Source: Eledone cirrhosa (taxonomy: Eukaryota). Taken from it: a stretch of DNA of 64,000 bases. The notes below the pieces were generated by a model. The model was not told the origin of the DNA. It ran no database searches and saw only the letters and a program-made list of their open reading frames with translations. Location: assembly GCA_964016885.1 (NCBI GenBank), contig OZ024765.1, positions 4,154,001 to 4,218,000 of the forward strand, given 5' to 3'. The position numbers were made by a program, and so were the translations under genes. Shown piece by piece: positions 13,030 to 24,855 of this stretch; position 1 is the stretch's first letter; every line of letters begins with the position of its first letter.

Positions 13030-13609
13030 ATATATATAACTGAGGATGTCTGTCTGTGTGTGTGTGAGTTTGAATCCCTAAAACTCGAGAACCACCCAAC
13101 CAAACTCTTTTCAAACTTTACACATGTAATACTTATGTTTCAGGGAGTGTTCTGAGCAAAAAAAATGTTAAATTTTCAATGCCCTAGGGACCGCATTAGG
13201 CGATTTAGCGATCGCGCTCTATAATTCTTAGTCTTTCTCTTTTTAGATAGATACATACATATAACGTCGCTCTCTTATAATATCTGTCTGTATGTCTGGC
13301 TGTCTGCATTACGTCACTTCCTACAATTCGCTCTCCATCCAGAACGTGCCCTTATAATATCTGTCTGTACGTCTGCTGCCTCCGGTTATTCTGCCACCCT
13401 TGCTCAAGACAAATCTCACACTCATTCCCCAAACAGTTGGTAAGTGCACACAACTTCTTCCTCACGTTTTAAGCCACAGTGTTGCTTACTTACGTACCAC
13501 CAGACCCTTACTTCTTTGCCAGCCGTGGTTGTGGCAATACAAAGCTTAGCTAAGGCGGTTATATATTTCACAATACATTATCCTGTGCAACGCCGGGTAC
13601 CACTGCTAG
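13030..13609 (+). mobile_element. Non-autonomous Helitron-like element
   Basis: 5' tatataactgaggatgtctgtctg; 3' GC-rich hairpin cctgtgcaacgccggg just before terminal CTAG followed by T. Confidence 0.7.
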
Positions 13610-13671
13610 TATATAATAGCAAAAACTAGGAAGTTTTATTTACACATGAAAAATATTTATTGTCTATTGAC

Positions 13672-13756
13672 CTGTTACACACGTTTCACAGAGGATTGGC
13701 TCAAGGTGATCCATTGGAGTTATGGACCTGACTCCAGTATCAATCTGCTCCTCAGA
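13672..13756 (-). CDS. Candidate exon A of an unknown minus-strand gene
   Basis: cttttgtcacatcaccag|TCT..ACAG|gtcaat, 85 nt, phase 0 to 1, SEEQIDTGVRSITPMDHLEPILCETCVT. Confidence 0.4.
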
Positions 13757-13948
13757 CTGGTGATGTGACAAAAGATGTATTTTTGTTGTGGTATGTGGAC
13801 CGAGAATGTATATATATATATAGGCAGTGGCCCTATTTTTTTGTGTGCGTGGGCGTATGTGTATATCCTGGTGTAATTTGTGAGGCGGCAATGGGGGTGC
13901 ATATTCGTGTGCATATTTATGTATGTGCGTGAGCAATTAAGGATTCAC

Positions 13949-13981
<33 letters not shown>

Positions 13982-14001
13982 TGTGGGCACATTTTGGAAT
14001 G

Positions 14002-14056
<55 letters not shown>

Positions 14057-14303
14057 TTTATATATGTTTATATATATTATATATATAAATATATATTATA
14101 TATATATTTATATATATCATATTTTATATATTTATATATATATTATATATAGTTATGTAATAAACAACATTTCCTTTACGACTTTTCCGACGGAATTACT
14201 TCATTTATATATTATATATATATAAATATATATTATATACATATATATTTATATATATCATATGTGTATATATATATATATTAAATATATATAAATATAT
14301 ATT

Positions 14304-14496
14304 AACGAGGGAATTGTGGTAAGGAACCAGATGGACCATAACGCACCAGAGTAATCAATACTTAGGGTAGTAGAGTGGGTGATAGGAAAAGGTATGACCC
14401 CGACGGCAGAGCTCAAGCCGTTTCGACGGCTATTTCTGGACTGAAATAGCTGTCGAAACGGCTTGAGCTCTGCCGTCGGGGTCATACCTTTTCCTA
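14304..14496. mobile_element. Fold-back PLE-like insert, family P3
   Basis: Inverted repeat 14383-14496, ~80-nt tail; each arm has the HHR 3' half GAAACGGC..GCCGTC. Confidence 0.8.
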
Positions 14497-14601
14497 AATA
14501 TATATTATATATATATATTTATTTATATATCATATGTGTATATATATATATATTATATATATATATAGTATATATATATATACACACATATATATATATA
14601 T

Positions 14602-15022
14602 CGTTTCTGAATTTGTTTAGCAAGATTCTTTATCTGAAAACGTGTGTTGAAACCTATATTGTTATACTTTGGGAGGGTCATGTTGCCAATAAGAAACACA
14701 TGCACCATAAAAAAATATAAACACACACAGACACCCGGATGTAACACCTGCGCAAACTAAGCACACAACACACACAAAAACAAGATGGCGTAGGACAGAA
14801 CAAAGGAGAGGCACAAAAACAAAGAAAAGAATCCCCAGTCACTGAAGAAGTCACAGAATGTGTGACAAAAGAACTTTGACAATATATGAACAACCGTCCG
14901 GTTGTGGAACCAACCAACCAACCGGAAATTTATAAATTCTTAAATTTATAATAAATTGGAGTGAAAGCAACTGGTGCGTGTGTTTCTTATTGGCAACATG
15001 ACCCTCCCAAAGCATAACAATA
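14602..15022 (+). mobile_element. PLE-like P1 copy with inverted terminal segment
   Basis: ~14655-14707 is the reverse complement of ~14972-15022; the left copy has a ~50-nt extension. Confidence 0.75.
14838..14880 (+). ncRNA. Hammerhead ribozyme (P1) with GAAA mutated to AAAA
   Basis: GTCA-CTGAAGA-A-GTCACA gaatg TGTGAC-aAAAG aa CTT-TGAC; probably inactive. Confidence 0.55.
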
Positions 15023-15077
15023 TATATATATATATTATATATATATGTGTGTGTATGTATGTATATATATATATATA

Positions 15078-15120
<43 letters not shown>

Positions 15121-15127
15121 ATATATA

Positions 15128-15473
15128 TCATTTCATCACCATCATTTCATTTTACGTCCGCTTTTCCCTGCTTGCAAGGGTGAGACGGGAACTGATTCTG
15201 GCTTGATTTCTACAGCTGGATGCCCTTCCTAACACCAACCTCATTTACAGTGAGTGCTGGGTGCTTTTGTGCCGTGGCACCTCCACGTCCACTTTAGCAG
15301 TGGAATGATAGGGACCCCAGTCCCTATCATCTCATTTCTACAGCTGAGTAAACTGGAGCAATGTGAAATAAAGTCTCTTGCTCAAGGAAACAACACATCA
15401 CCCGGTCTTAGAATTGAACTCACAACCTTTCGATTGCAAGGCCAATGCTCTAACCACTAAGCCATGTGCCTCC
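15128..15473 (-). mobile_element. SINE family A, full length
   Basis: tRNA-like head, body and RTE-like tail, within TA/TG microsatellite. Confidence 0.92.
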
Positions 15474-15484
15474 ATATATATATA

Positions 15485-15531
<47 letters not shown>

Positions 15532-15654
15532 ATCAGATTGATTAAAGAGAATATAACTGAAAGGAAATTGGATGCAGACTGGCAGAGAATAGAATTTTGT
15601 GGAAAGAAAATGAAAAAGTAATTCAGTTGTTCTTTGTGAAAAGTTGGCTTCTTC

Positions 15655-15985
15655 GTGGTGGTGATGGTAGTGGTGGTAGTAATGATGGTGGTGGTGGTGG
15701 TGGTGGTTATGGTAGTGGTGGGGTGGTGGTGATGGTAGTGGTGGTGGTTATGGCAGTGGTGGTAGTAGTGATGGTGGTGGTGGTGGTGGTAGGGTAATGG
15801 TGGTGATGATGGTAGTGGTGGTGGTGATGGTATTGGTGGTGATGATGGTAATGGTGGTGGTGGTTATGGTAGTGGTGGTAGTAATGATGGTGGTGGTGGT
15901 GGTGGTAGTGGTGGGGTGGTGGTGATGGTGTTGGTGGTGGTGGTGATGGTAGTGGTGGTAGTGGTGGTGGTAGTGGTGGTGGTGG
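15655..15985. repeat. (TGG)n tract
   Basis: Degenerate TGG/TAG/TGA repeats. Confidence 0.95.
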
Positions 15986-16039
15986 TACTTCTAATGACCA
16001 AATGCTGAAACTGGTGCAGTGATGCACCAGCTCCTGCAA

Positions 16040-16320
16040 TCATCATCATAATCATCATTTTATGTCCGCTTTTCCCTGCTGTAAGGGTGGGACGGGTCCT
16101 ATTAAGCACGGCATCTCTCCATTCGTCACGGTCCTTTGTCATCTCCCCTGTGAGCTTCAGCGATCTGAGGTCTGCTCTCACCACCTCCGCCCATGTTTTT
16201 TGTGGTCTTCCTCGACTGCGTCTTCCTTCTATTGGGATTTCTTGGCACTTCTTTACCCAGCGGTCATCCTCCATGTGCATCACATGTCTTCTCTCCCGCA
16301 CACTACAGCCTATCTCTCTT
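16040..16320 (-). pseudogene. RTE LINE 3' fragment
   Basis: DDRWVKKCQEIPIEGRRSRGRPQKTWAEVV; same family as 22137-23388. Confidence 0.9.
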
Positions 16321-16347
16321 ATATATGCACGCACACACACACATATA

Positions 16348-16686
16348 TATTAAATAAATGGCAACTATATTTATAAAACCATATTTATTCTATTATATAT
16401 ATTTCAAGGATACCAAAACTTTGGTATGCTTTCATCAGATAAAATACAAAGTGTGTTTTATAAATTTTGACATAACCAAGGAAAATACCTTAACGGTAAA
16501 CTGTTAAGGTATTTTCCCTGATTATGTCAAAATTTATATAATAGAATAAATATGGTTTTATAAATATAGTTTCCATTTATTTAATATCATTGATATTATA
16601 CTCCAGAAAACTTGTCGAGTGCTCTGAATCAGTTATAAACATTTGTATTTATTGAATTACCAACAAATTGAATATTATCCCTTCTG

Positions 16687-16690
<4 letters not shown>
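16348..16690. mobile_element. Nested fold-back PLE-like insert, family P4
   Basis: Outer inverted repeat ~16348-16398 / ~16535-16586, inner hairpin ~16459-16538, tail to ~16690; related fragment at 24415-24550. Confidence 0.75.
16386..16446 (-). ncRNA. Minimal type I hammerhead ribozyme (P4)
   Basis: TATTTTAT-CTGATGA-AAGcATACCAA agtt TTGGTATcCTT-GAA-ATA ta TAT-A-ATAGAATA; palindromic stem III. Confidence 0.8.
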
Positions 16691-16730
<40 letters not shown>

Positions 16731-17440
16731 CTAGTGGGGAAAAATGGATGTTAAGCGACATCTAATCCATGCTAGCCTGGATAAAATATACATTAAATGA
16801 TGATGATGATAATATACCTGCTGCAGGTTGTTTACTATTAGACATTCTTTGGTATAGAAACCTTATCTCAGTTGCTATACAATACAGTTTTTCTGTCTCT
16901 TAACATTTCTCTGGGATTATCCTATCAGTTTCTAATCAGTTTTATACGAAATTCTATTAATTCTACTTTGGCTTATTCGGATAGAAGTTTCTAGAAAAAA
17001 TATGGTGGGGTTTGTTTCATGAATTCATGTTGTACTTATTGTTGTTGTTGCTGTTGAGGCTGATGTTGTTGTTTTTATTGTTGTTGAGGTAGATTTTATG
17101 GTGGTTGTTGTTGTTGTTGTTGAGGTAGATTTTATGGTGGTTGTTTGTGTTCTTATTGTTGTTAGTGTTTTTATTTTTGATGTTTTAATGTTGTTGTTTT
17201 TACTCTTGTTTTATAGATATTTTCTTCTTTTCTTTCTTTACATTTCTTTATTATTTATTACACAGTTTTGTTTGGAAGGTGCAGTATTAACTCAGTTCTT
17301 TACATCCATTTCTGCTTAATCAGTTAATTCCGCGCTGTGGAATCCTCCAGATTTAATTGGGATCTGGAATTTTGAAGAATTAATCCACTAAATGTTGGCA
17401 AAACAAAATTGAGAAGTAAACCTGGAAAAAAGTCTTATTT

Positions 17441-17630
17441 ATAATTGTTTCTACTTTAGGCACAAGGCCAGCAATTACCCAGTGCATTACTGGTACTTTA
17501 TTTTATCGACCCTGTAAGGATAAAAGGCAAAGTCAACCTCAGCGGGATTTGAACTCAGATAGTAAAGGGACGTAACTATGCTGGAAAGCATGGCATCCGA
17601 CCCTCTACCGATACTGCCAATCCACCGCCC
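17441..17630 (-). mobile_element. SINE family B
   Basis: Full head and body. Confidence 0.85.
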
Positions 17631-19425
17631 TATATATATTAAATTAATATATATTTAATTTAATATATATTTAATTTAATATATATTTAATATATATTTA
17701 ATTTAATATATATTTAATATATATTTTATTTAATATATATTTAATATATATTTAATGTAATATATATTTAATATATATTAAAATAAATATATATTAAATA
17801 TATATTAAATTAAATATATATTTAATTTAATATATATTTAATATATATTAAATATATATTAAATAAAATATATATTCAATTTAATATATATTTAATATAT
17901 ATTTAATTTAATATATATTTAATATATATTAAAATAAATATATATTAAATATATATTGAATATATATTATATTAAATATATATTAAATATATATTAAATA
18001 AATATATATTAAATATATATTAAATTAAATATATATTAAATATATATTAAATTAAATATATATTAAATATATATTAAATATATATTAAATTAAATATATA
18101 TTTAATATATATTAAATTAAATATATATTAAATATATATTACATTAAATATATATTACATTAAATATATATTAAATATATATTAAATTAAATATATAATA
18201 AATATATATTAAATTAAATATATATTAAATATATATTAAATATATATTAAATTAAATATATATTATATATATATTAAATTAATTATATATTAAATATATA
18301 TTAAATATATATTAAATTAAATATATATTAAATATATATTAAATTAAATATATATTAAATTAAATATATATTAAATTAATATATATTTAATATATATATT
18401 TAATTTAATATATATTTAATATATATTTAATTTAATATATAGTTATTATATATTTAATTTAAAATATATTTAATATAAATTTAATTTAATATATATTTAA
18501 TATATATATAATTTAATATATATTTAATATATATTTAATTTAATATATATTTAATATATATTTAATTTAATATATTTAATATATATTTAATATATATTTA
18601 ATTTAATATATATTTAATATATATTTAATTTAATATATATTTAATATATATTGAATTTAATATATATTTAATATATATTTAATATATATTTAATATATGT
18701 TAAAATAAATATATATTAAATATATATTATATTACATATATATTTAATTTAATATATATTTAATATATATTAAAATAAATATATATTAAATATATATTTA
18801 ATATATATTTAATTTAATATGTATTTAATATATATTAAAATAAATATATATTAAATATATATTAAATATATATTGAATATATATTATATTAAATATATAT
18901 TAAATATATATTAAATAAATATATATTAAATAAAATATATATTAAATTAAATATATTAAATTAAATATATATTTAATATATATTAAATTAAATATATATT
19001 AAATATATATTACATTAAATATATATTACATTAAATATATATTAAATATATATTAAATTAAATATATAATAAATATATATTAAATTAAATATATATTAAA
19101 TATATATTAAATTAAATATATAATAAATATATATTAAATATATATTAAATTAAATATATATTAAATATATATTAAATATATATTAAATTAAATATATATT
19201 AAATAAAATATATATTAAATTAAATATATATTATATATATATTAAATTAATTATATATTAAATATATATTAAATTAAATATATATTAAATATATATTAAA
19301 TTAAATATATATTAAATTAATATATATTTAATATATATATTTAATTTAATATATATTTAATTTAATATATAGTTATTATATATTTTATTTAATATATATT
19401 TAATATATATTTAATTTAATATATA
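17631..19425. repeat. 1.8-kb almost pure A/T satellite with orientation switches
   Basis: atatatttaattta and taaattaaatatat blocks alternate; very few G/C. Confidence 0.95.
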
Positions 19426-19710
19426 TGGTTGCTTCATTTCTCTCCAGCCTTTGCATAACCTCTGCAGTCACTGTCCATGTCTCACTGCCATGCAGCATCG
19501 CACATCACACACAGGCATCATACTGTCGACCTTTCCTTTGTAGGAAGAAGCCTTTTGTTGTCAACAGATGTAGTATAGCTCTCTAAACTTCTTCCACCCT
19601 GTCATTGTTCTAGTTACTTTACACTCTCAACCACAGCTAATTAGATCAGTTAGGTGGCAGAAGCTATCAATCACTTCTATGCATCCGACGTGGGATTGGA
19701 AAAGGTTTAT
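19426..19710 (-). pseudogene. Degenerate RTE LINE fragment
   Basis: Homologous to 22520-22790 (YDACV..AMLHGSETW region). Confidence 0.8.
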
Positions 19711-19716
19711 ATTAGA

Positions 19717-20123
19717 CATCATCATCATCATCATTTTACGTCCACTTTTCCCTGCTTGCAAGAGTGGGGCGGGAACTGATTCTGGCTTGATTTCTACAGC
19801 TGGATACCCTTCCTAACACCAACCTCATTTACAGTGAGTGCTGGGTGCTTTTATTCCGTGGCACCTACACGTCCACTTTGCAGTGTGGGCTGGGTGCTTT
19901 TTTGCTGTGGCACCTCCACGACCATTCTGCAGTCCCTATCATCTCATTTCTACAGCTGAGTAAACTGGAGCAATGTGAAATAAAGTGTCTTGCTCAAGGA
20001 AACAACACATCACCCGGTCTGAGAATTGAACTCACAACCTTTCGATTGGAAGGCCAAAGCTCTAACCACTTAGCCATCGGCCCACCCTTGCAAGCAGGGA
20101 AAAGCAGACGTAAAATGATGATG
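19717..20123 (-). mobile_element. SINE family A with an extra inverted 3' tail at its head
   Basis: Minus copy 19717-20077 joined to a plus-strand tail cccacccttgcaagcaggg..(ATG)n at 20078-20123. Confidence 0.85.
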
Positions 20124-20145
20124 CTTTATCAGCCTAAATAAATAT

Positions 20146-20214
20146 TTCTATCTGATGAACGAAACAGACGTTTCGTTAGAATCATCTAACTTCGTGAAAC
20201 CTTGAGTAATGGAA
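20146..20214 (+). ncRNA. Type I hammerhead ribozyme (P5)
   Basis: TTCTAT-CTGATGA-ACGAA..GTTAGA atca TCTAAC TTCGT-GAA-AC cttga GT-A-ATGGAA. Confidence 0.75.
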
Positions 20215-20618
20215 TAATTATATTGTGTTGTTTATCATATGAATAAATAAATATATATATATATATGTATATACAAATAAAGATTCAGCGAGAATCACAT
20301 TTTCGGCGGGCAGGAAAAGCGAAGCGAAATACAAAAATCAGAAATGACACTGGCAAAGTGCTCAATAGTTAAAAACCAGAGCTAAACAATGTGTTAAGAA
20401 GCCATACAAAACTGAAAAGGTGGTCAAGAAGGCATTAACCACCCAAGCCAAAAACCAAATCAAGCCAAACAGGATGTGTGTGTATATGTATATATATGTA
20501 TATATAAATATATATGTGTGTGTATATATATATATGTGTATATATATATATATATATATACAGGCTCTGATACCATAAACACTATACACACAGAGCTGGC
20601 ATATCTAAGAACTGACTA

Positions 20619-20674
20619 ACTGCCTGATGAGGTCATAGCCATTCAATGGCTATCATCGAAATATATATAGCAGT
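20619..20674 (+). ncRNA. Minimal type I hammerhead ribozyme (P6)
   Basis: ACTGC-CTGATGA-GGTcATAGCCAT tca ATGGCTATcATC-GAA-ATA ta TAT-A-GCAGT, followed by AATAAA. Confidence 0.85.
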
Positions 20675-20714
20675 AAATAAAGAATTATGAGTTCATGCAA
20701 TTGACTTATGTTTC

Positions 20715-20755
<41 letters not shown>

Positions 20756-21224
20756 AGTATATATATATATATATTATATATGTATGTGTGTATACATATA
20801 TATATTTATATATATATAGTTATATATCTTTTTTCATGTTATATCTTTTGAAAAGAACAAGATATAATTTTTTTTTCGATATCACATTTTTTATTTCTCT
20901 TTCTGTTGTAGAACTGAATAAATGTCAGTATTTTTATTAGTTTAAAATAGCGGCCATGTTTGTTATTTTTTATTGTCTCCAGACAGTTCATGTAAACTAG
21001 TGCTCTATTGATTCAATCAACATACGGGCTTTTATTATTCAATAAATACGTTTACTTCTACTTTTTACTTGGTTACCTTGCTCTTCACAAACTTGTCGGC
21101 CAATGAAAATGAAAGCAATATATATATGTGTATATATATATATATCTGTGTGTGTGCGTATGTGTTTGTGTGTCTGTATATGTATGTACACATATATGTA
21201 TAAATATGTGTATGTGAATGTGTG

Positions 21225-21288
<64 letters not shown>

Positions 21289-21672
21289 TGCAAGCAGGAA
21301 AAAGCAGACGTAAAATGATGATTATGATATATATATATATATACACACATACACACATATATATATATATGAGTGCATACGTATGTCTATATGTGTGTGT
21401 ATATATATATATATGTATGTATGTGTGCATATGTATGTATACATGTGTGTGTATGTGTATATATATATATATATGAGTGCATATGTATATATATGTGTGT
21501 GTGTATACATATGAATGTATGTATATATCTGTGTGTATGTGTGTTTGTGTATGTATATGTGTGTTTGTGTGTGTATATATATATATGTATATATGAGTGC
21601 ATATGTATGTATGTGTGTGCGTATATATATATACATATATATATGTAAATATATATATATATATATTATATA

Positions 21673-22007
21673 TCATCATCATTTCATTTTACGTCCGCTT
21701 TTCCCTGCTTGCAAGGGTGGGACGGGAACTGATTCTGGCTTGATTTCTACAGCTGGATGCCCTTCCTAACACCAACCTCATTTACAGTGAGTGCTGGGTG
21801 CTTTTTTGCTGTGGCACCTCCACGACCACTTTGCAGTGGAATGATATGGACCCCAGTCCCTATCATCTCATTTCTACAGCTGAGTAAACTGGAGCAATGT
21901 GAAATAAAGTGTCTTGCTCAAGGAAACAACACATCACCCGGTCTGAGAATTGAACTCACAACCTTTCGATTGCAAGGCCAATGCTCTAACCACTAAGCCA
22001 TGTGCCT
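21673..22007 (-). mobile_element. SINE family A, full length
   Basis: Matches 24060-24401 in reverse. Confidence 0.92.
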
Positions 22008-22030
22008 ATGTATATATATATGTATATATG

Positions 22031-22088
<58 letters not shown>

Positions 22089-22089
22089 G

Positions 22090-22136
<47 letters not shown>

Positions 22137-23381
22137 ATCATCATCATCATCATCATCATCATTTTACGTCCGCTTTTCCCTGCTTGCAAGGGTGGGACGG
22201 GTCTTATTCAGCACAGCATCTCTCCACTCGTCACGGTCCTTCGTCATCTCCACCGTGAGCTTCAATGATCTGAGGTCTGTTCTCACCACCTCCGCCCATG
22301 TTTTTCGTGGTCTACCTCTACCACGTCTTCCTTCAACTGGCATTTCCTGGCACTTCTTCACCCATCGGTCATCCCCCATGCGCATCACATGTCCATACCA
22401 CCTCAGTCTCCTCTCCCGTACACTACATTCTATCCCTCTCAGACACAGTTTCTCTCTCAACATATTTATGCTGGGTCGTTCACGCACATTGACACTGCAC
22501 ATCCAACGGAGCATGCTTGCCTCATTTCTCTCCAGCCGTCGCATATCCTCTGCAGTTGCTGCCCATGTTTCACTACCATGCAGCATCGCGCTCCTCACAC
22601 AGGCATCATACAACCGGCCTTTCGTACGCAGGGAGAAACCCTTCTTCGTCAACAGAGGAAGCAGCTCCCTAAACTTCTTCCAACCCGTCCTTATTCTAGA
22701 TACTATGGCCTCGGAACACCCTCCTCCCATGCTAATCTGATCTCCTAGGTACCGGAAGCTATCCACCACTTCTATAGCGCCTTCCTGCATTTGAAAAATG
22801 TGTCTATCAGTGCGACTTCTACTGTCTAACTTCCCTGTACATCTACTGCATACATATTTCTCCCCACCTGTTAGTTTGCCTGCTATCCCGCTACATCTCT
22901 TGTGTACCCAGGATCTGCATTGTGTGCATTTTATAGAATTTATGCCAGTTCCTTTTCTGCATATCGAACATGGCCATTTCCCTGACGGAATCAGAGTTTT
23001 GTCCTCTTTTCTACTCATCAACACTTTTGTCTTAGCTAGGTTCACCCTCAGTCCTCTTGCTTCCAACTGCTGTTTCCATAGCCAGAATTTATACTCTAGC
23101 TCCTCTACTGATTCTGCTATAAGAACCAGATCGTCAGCATAGAGAAATTCCCATGGACAGCCAGTCTTAAACTCCTCTGTTATGGCTTGGAGGACTATAA
23201 TGAACAAGAGCGGGCTGAGGACCGAACCTTGATGTACTCCTACTTGTATCTGGAATTCCTCACTAAACTCCATTCCTACCCTGACTTTACTGAGAGTACC
23301 TCTGTACAAAGTTTGCACTGTCCTCACAAGCCATTCCTCAACACCTAGCTTCCTTAGGGACCACCAGATGACAGATCGGGG

Positions 23382-23388
<7 letters not shown>
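22137..23388 (-). mobile_element. 5'-truncated RTE-clade LINE; uninterrupted RT C-terminal ORF with internal PHD finger
   Basis: GVHQGSVLSPLLF, YADD, NLAKTKVL, C4HC3 finger, FRYLG, LHGSETW, RRLRWYGHV, GRPRKTW; (ATG)n tail. The N-terminus of the listed ORF is unrelated upstream DNA. Confidence 0.95.
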
Positions 23389-23410
<22 letters not shown>

Positions 23411-23418
<8 letters not shown>

Positions 23419-23634
23419 AGAAGATGAAATCGAAAATGCAACTGGAGTCTTATTTTAAAAAAAAATATATATTTATTTGGTTCCTTTACCGGTTTCGCAG
23501 TTCTTCTGCTTTTCAAAAGTAAAATTGAGATGGAGGGTCTGTGGTTTTTCTCAGATGTGAGAAAAACCACAGACCCTCCATCTCAACTCTACTTTTGAAA
23601 AGCAGAAGAACTGCGAAATCGGTAAAAGAACCAA

Positions 23635-23637
<3 letters not shown>
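23411..23637. mobile_element. Fold-back PLE-like insert, family P7
   Basis: Inverted repeat 23474-23637, ~60-nt tail; arms carry GAAACCGGTA (HHR 3' half with palindromic stem III). Confidence 0.7.
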
Positions 23638-23666
<29 letters not shown>

Positions 23667-24059
23667 CGATCAAAAGATGGTTAAAAGAGTTCCATGTATT
23701 TTATTATGCGCATTTCAAAAATATCATGGGATGATATTTGCGTTCTCATATATGCGAAGGAAAACAAAAGATTTTGCAGGGATCAAAGCATTTTCTCTCG
23801 TTTTCGTATTAACACTTTACAGAGTGAAATGGGTACAATATAAGAACAATAATAATAATAATAGTAGTAGTAGTAGTAGTAGTAGTAATAATAATGGTAA
23901 AATTCTCGAGAGAAGTGTGTAAGAAATTTCGGTAAATCAACTTATTGTGAAGTGTGAAAGAATATAGAAAGTATAGCGCTTGTTCTTCTTGCAAAAGAAA
24001 CACTGTGTCGTGTATGTCTGTGTGTATGAGTATATATATATAGGAATATATATATATGT

Positions 24060-24401
24060 GGAGGCACATGGCTTAGTGGTTAGAGCATTGGTCTTGCAAT
24101 CGAAAGGTTGTGAGTTCAATTCTCAGACCGGGTGATGTCTTGTTTCCTTGAGCAAGACACTTTATTTCACATTGCTCCAGTTTACTCAGCTGTAGAAATG
24201 AGATGCTAGGGACTGAGGTCCCTATCATTCCACTGCAAAGTGGTTGTGGAGCTGCCACGGCAAAAAAGCACCCAGTACTCACTGTAAATGAGGTTGGTGT
24301 TAGGAAGGGCATCCAGCTGTAGAAATCAAGCCAGAATCAGTTCCCGTCTCACCCTTGCAAGCAGGGAAAAAGCGGACGTAAAATGAAATGATGATGATGA
24401 T
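24060..24401 (+). mobile_element. SINE family A, full length
   Basis: A box tggcttagtgg, B box gagttcaattc, RTE-like tail. Confidence 0.92.
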
Positions 24402-24628
24402 ATATATGTACAATGATATTAAATAAATGGAAACTATACTTACAAAACCATATTTATTCTATCATATATATTTCAAGGGTACACTGAGCACTCAACAAAA
24501 AAAGAAAATCTGCTGAGTGCTCTGAATCAGTTATAAACATTTATATTTGTATGTGAATTTCGTATATCTAAAGATATTCTATTTTACATGTATGTGAATT
24601 TCGTATATCTAAAGATATTCTATTTTAA

Positions 24629-24846
24629 CCCTTTAATGTTCAAACCGGCCAAACACGGCCAGAATTCTCTACCTCTTTCTGTTGAAACTGGCTGTAACTG
24701 GTCGCTCAAACTGATGTTAAGGTATTGTTTTCAAAATAAATACTTTGAAAATCTCATAATTCAATATTATTTAAGATATTATGTGAGGTAAAGCCTTTAC
24801 CATGAAAATATAATAGTATATATAGAATAATGTGAATGCTAAAGGA
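24629..24846. mobile_element. piggyBac-like MITE
   Basis: TTAA on both sides; ends CCCTTTA..TAAAGGA; reverse-oriented relative of 44329-44538. Confidence 0.75.
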
Positions 24847-24855
24847 TTAAGTTCA

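Noticed and set aside
16818-16990. Minus-strand segment with good AG/GT borders
   Set aside because: Stops in all three frames; could only be UTR, with no independent support.
17324-17421. Minus-strand exon candidate GLLLNFVLPTFSGLILQ..stop
   Set aside because: The acceptor abuts a SINE tail and the segment cannot be chained in frame to the other candidate exons.
21757-21996. Recurrent 79-aa [15 protein letters not shown]
   Set aside because: Antisense translation of SINE A, repeated because the SINE is repeated.
24060-24135. tRNA-like sequence
   Set aside because: SINE head: A and B boxes continue into the SINE body and a full cloverleaf is not evident.
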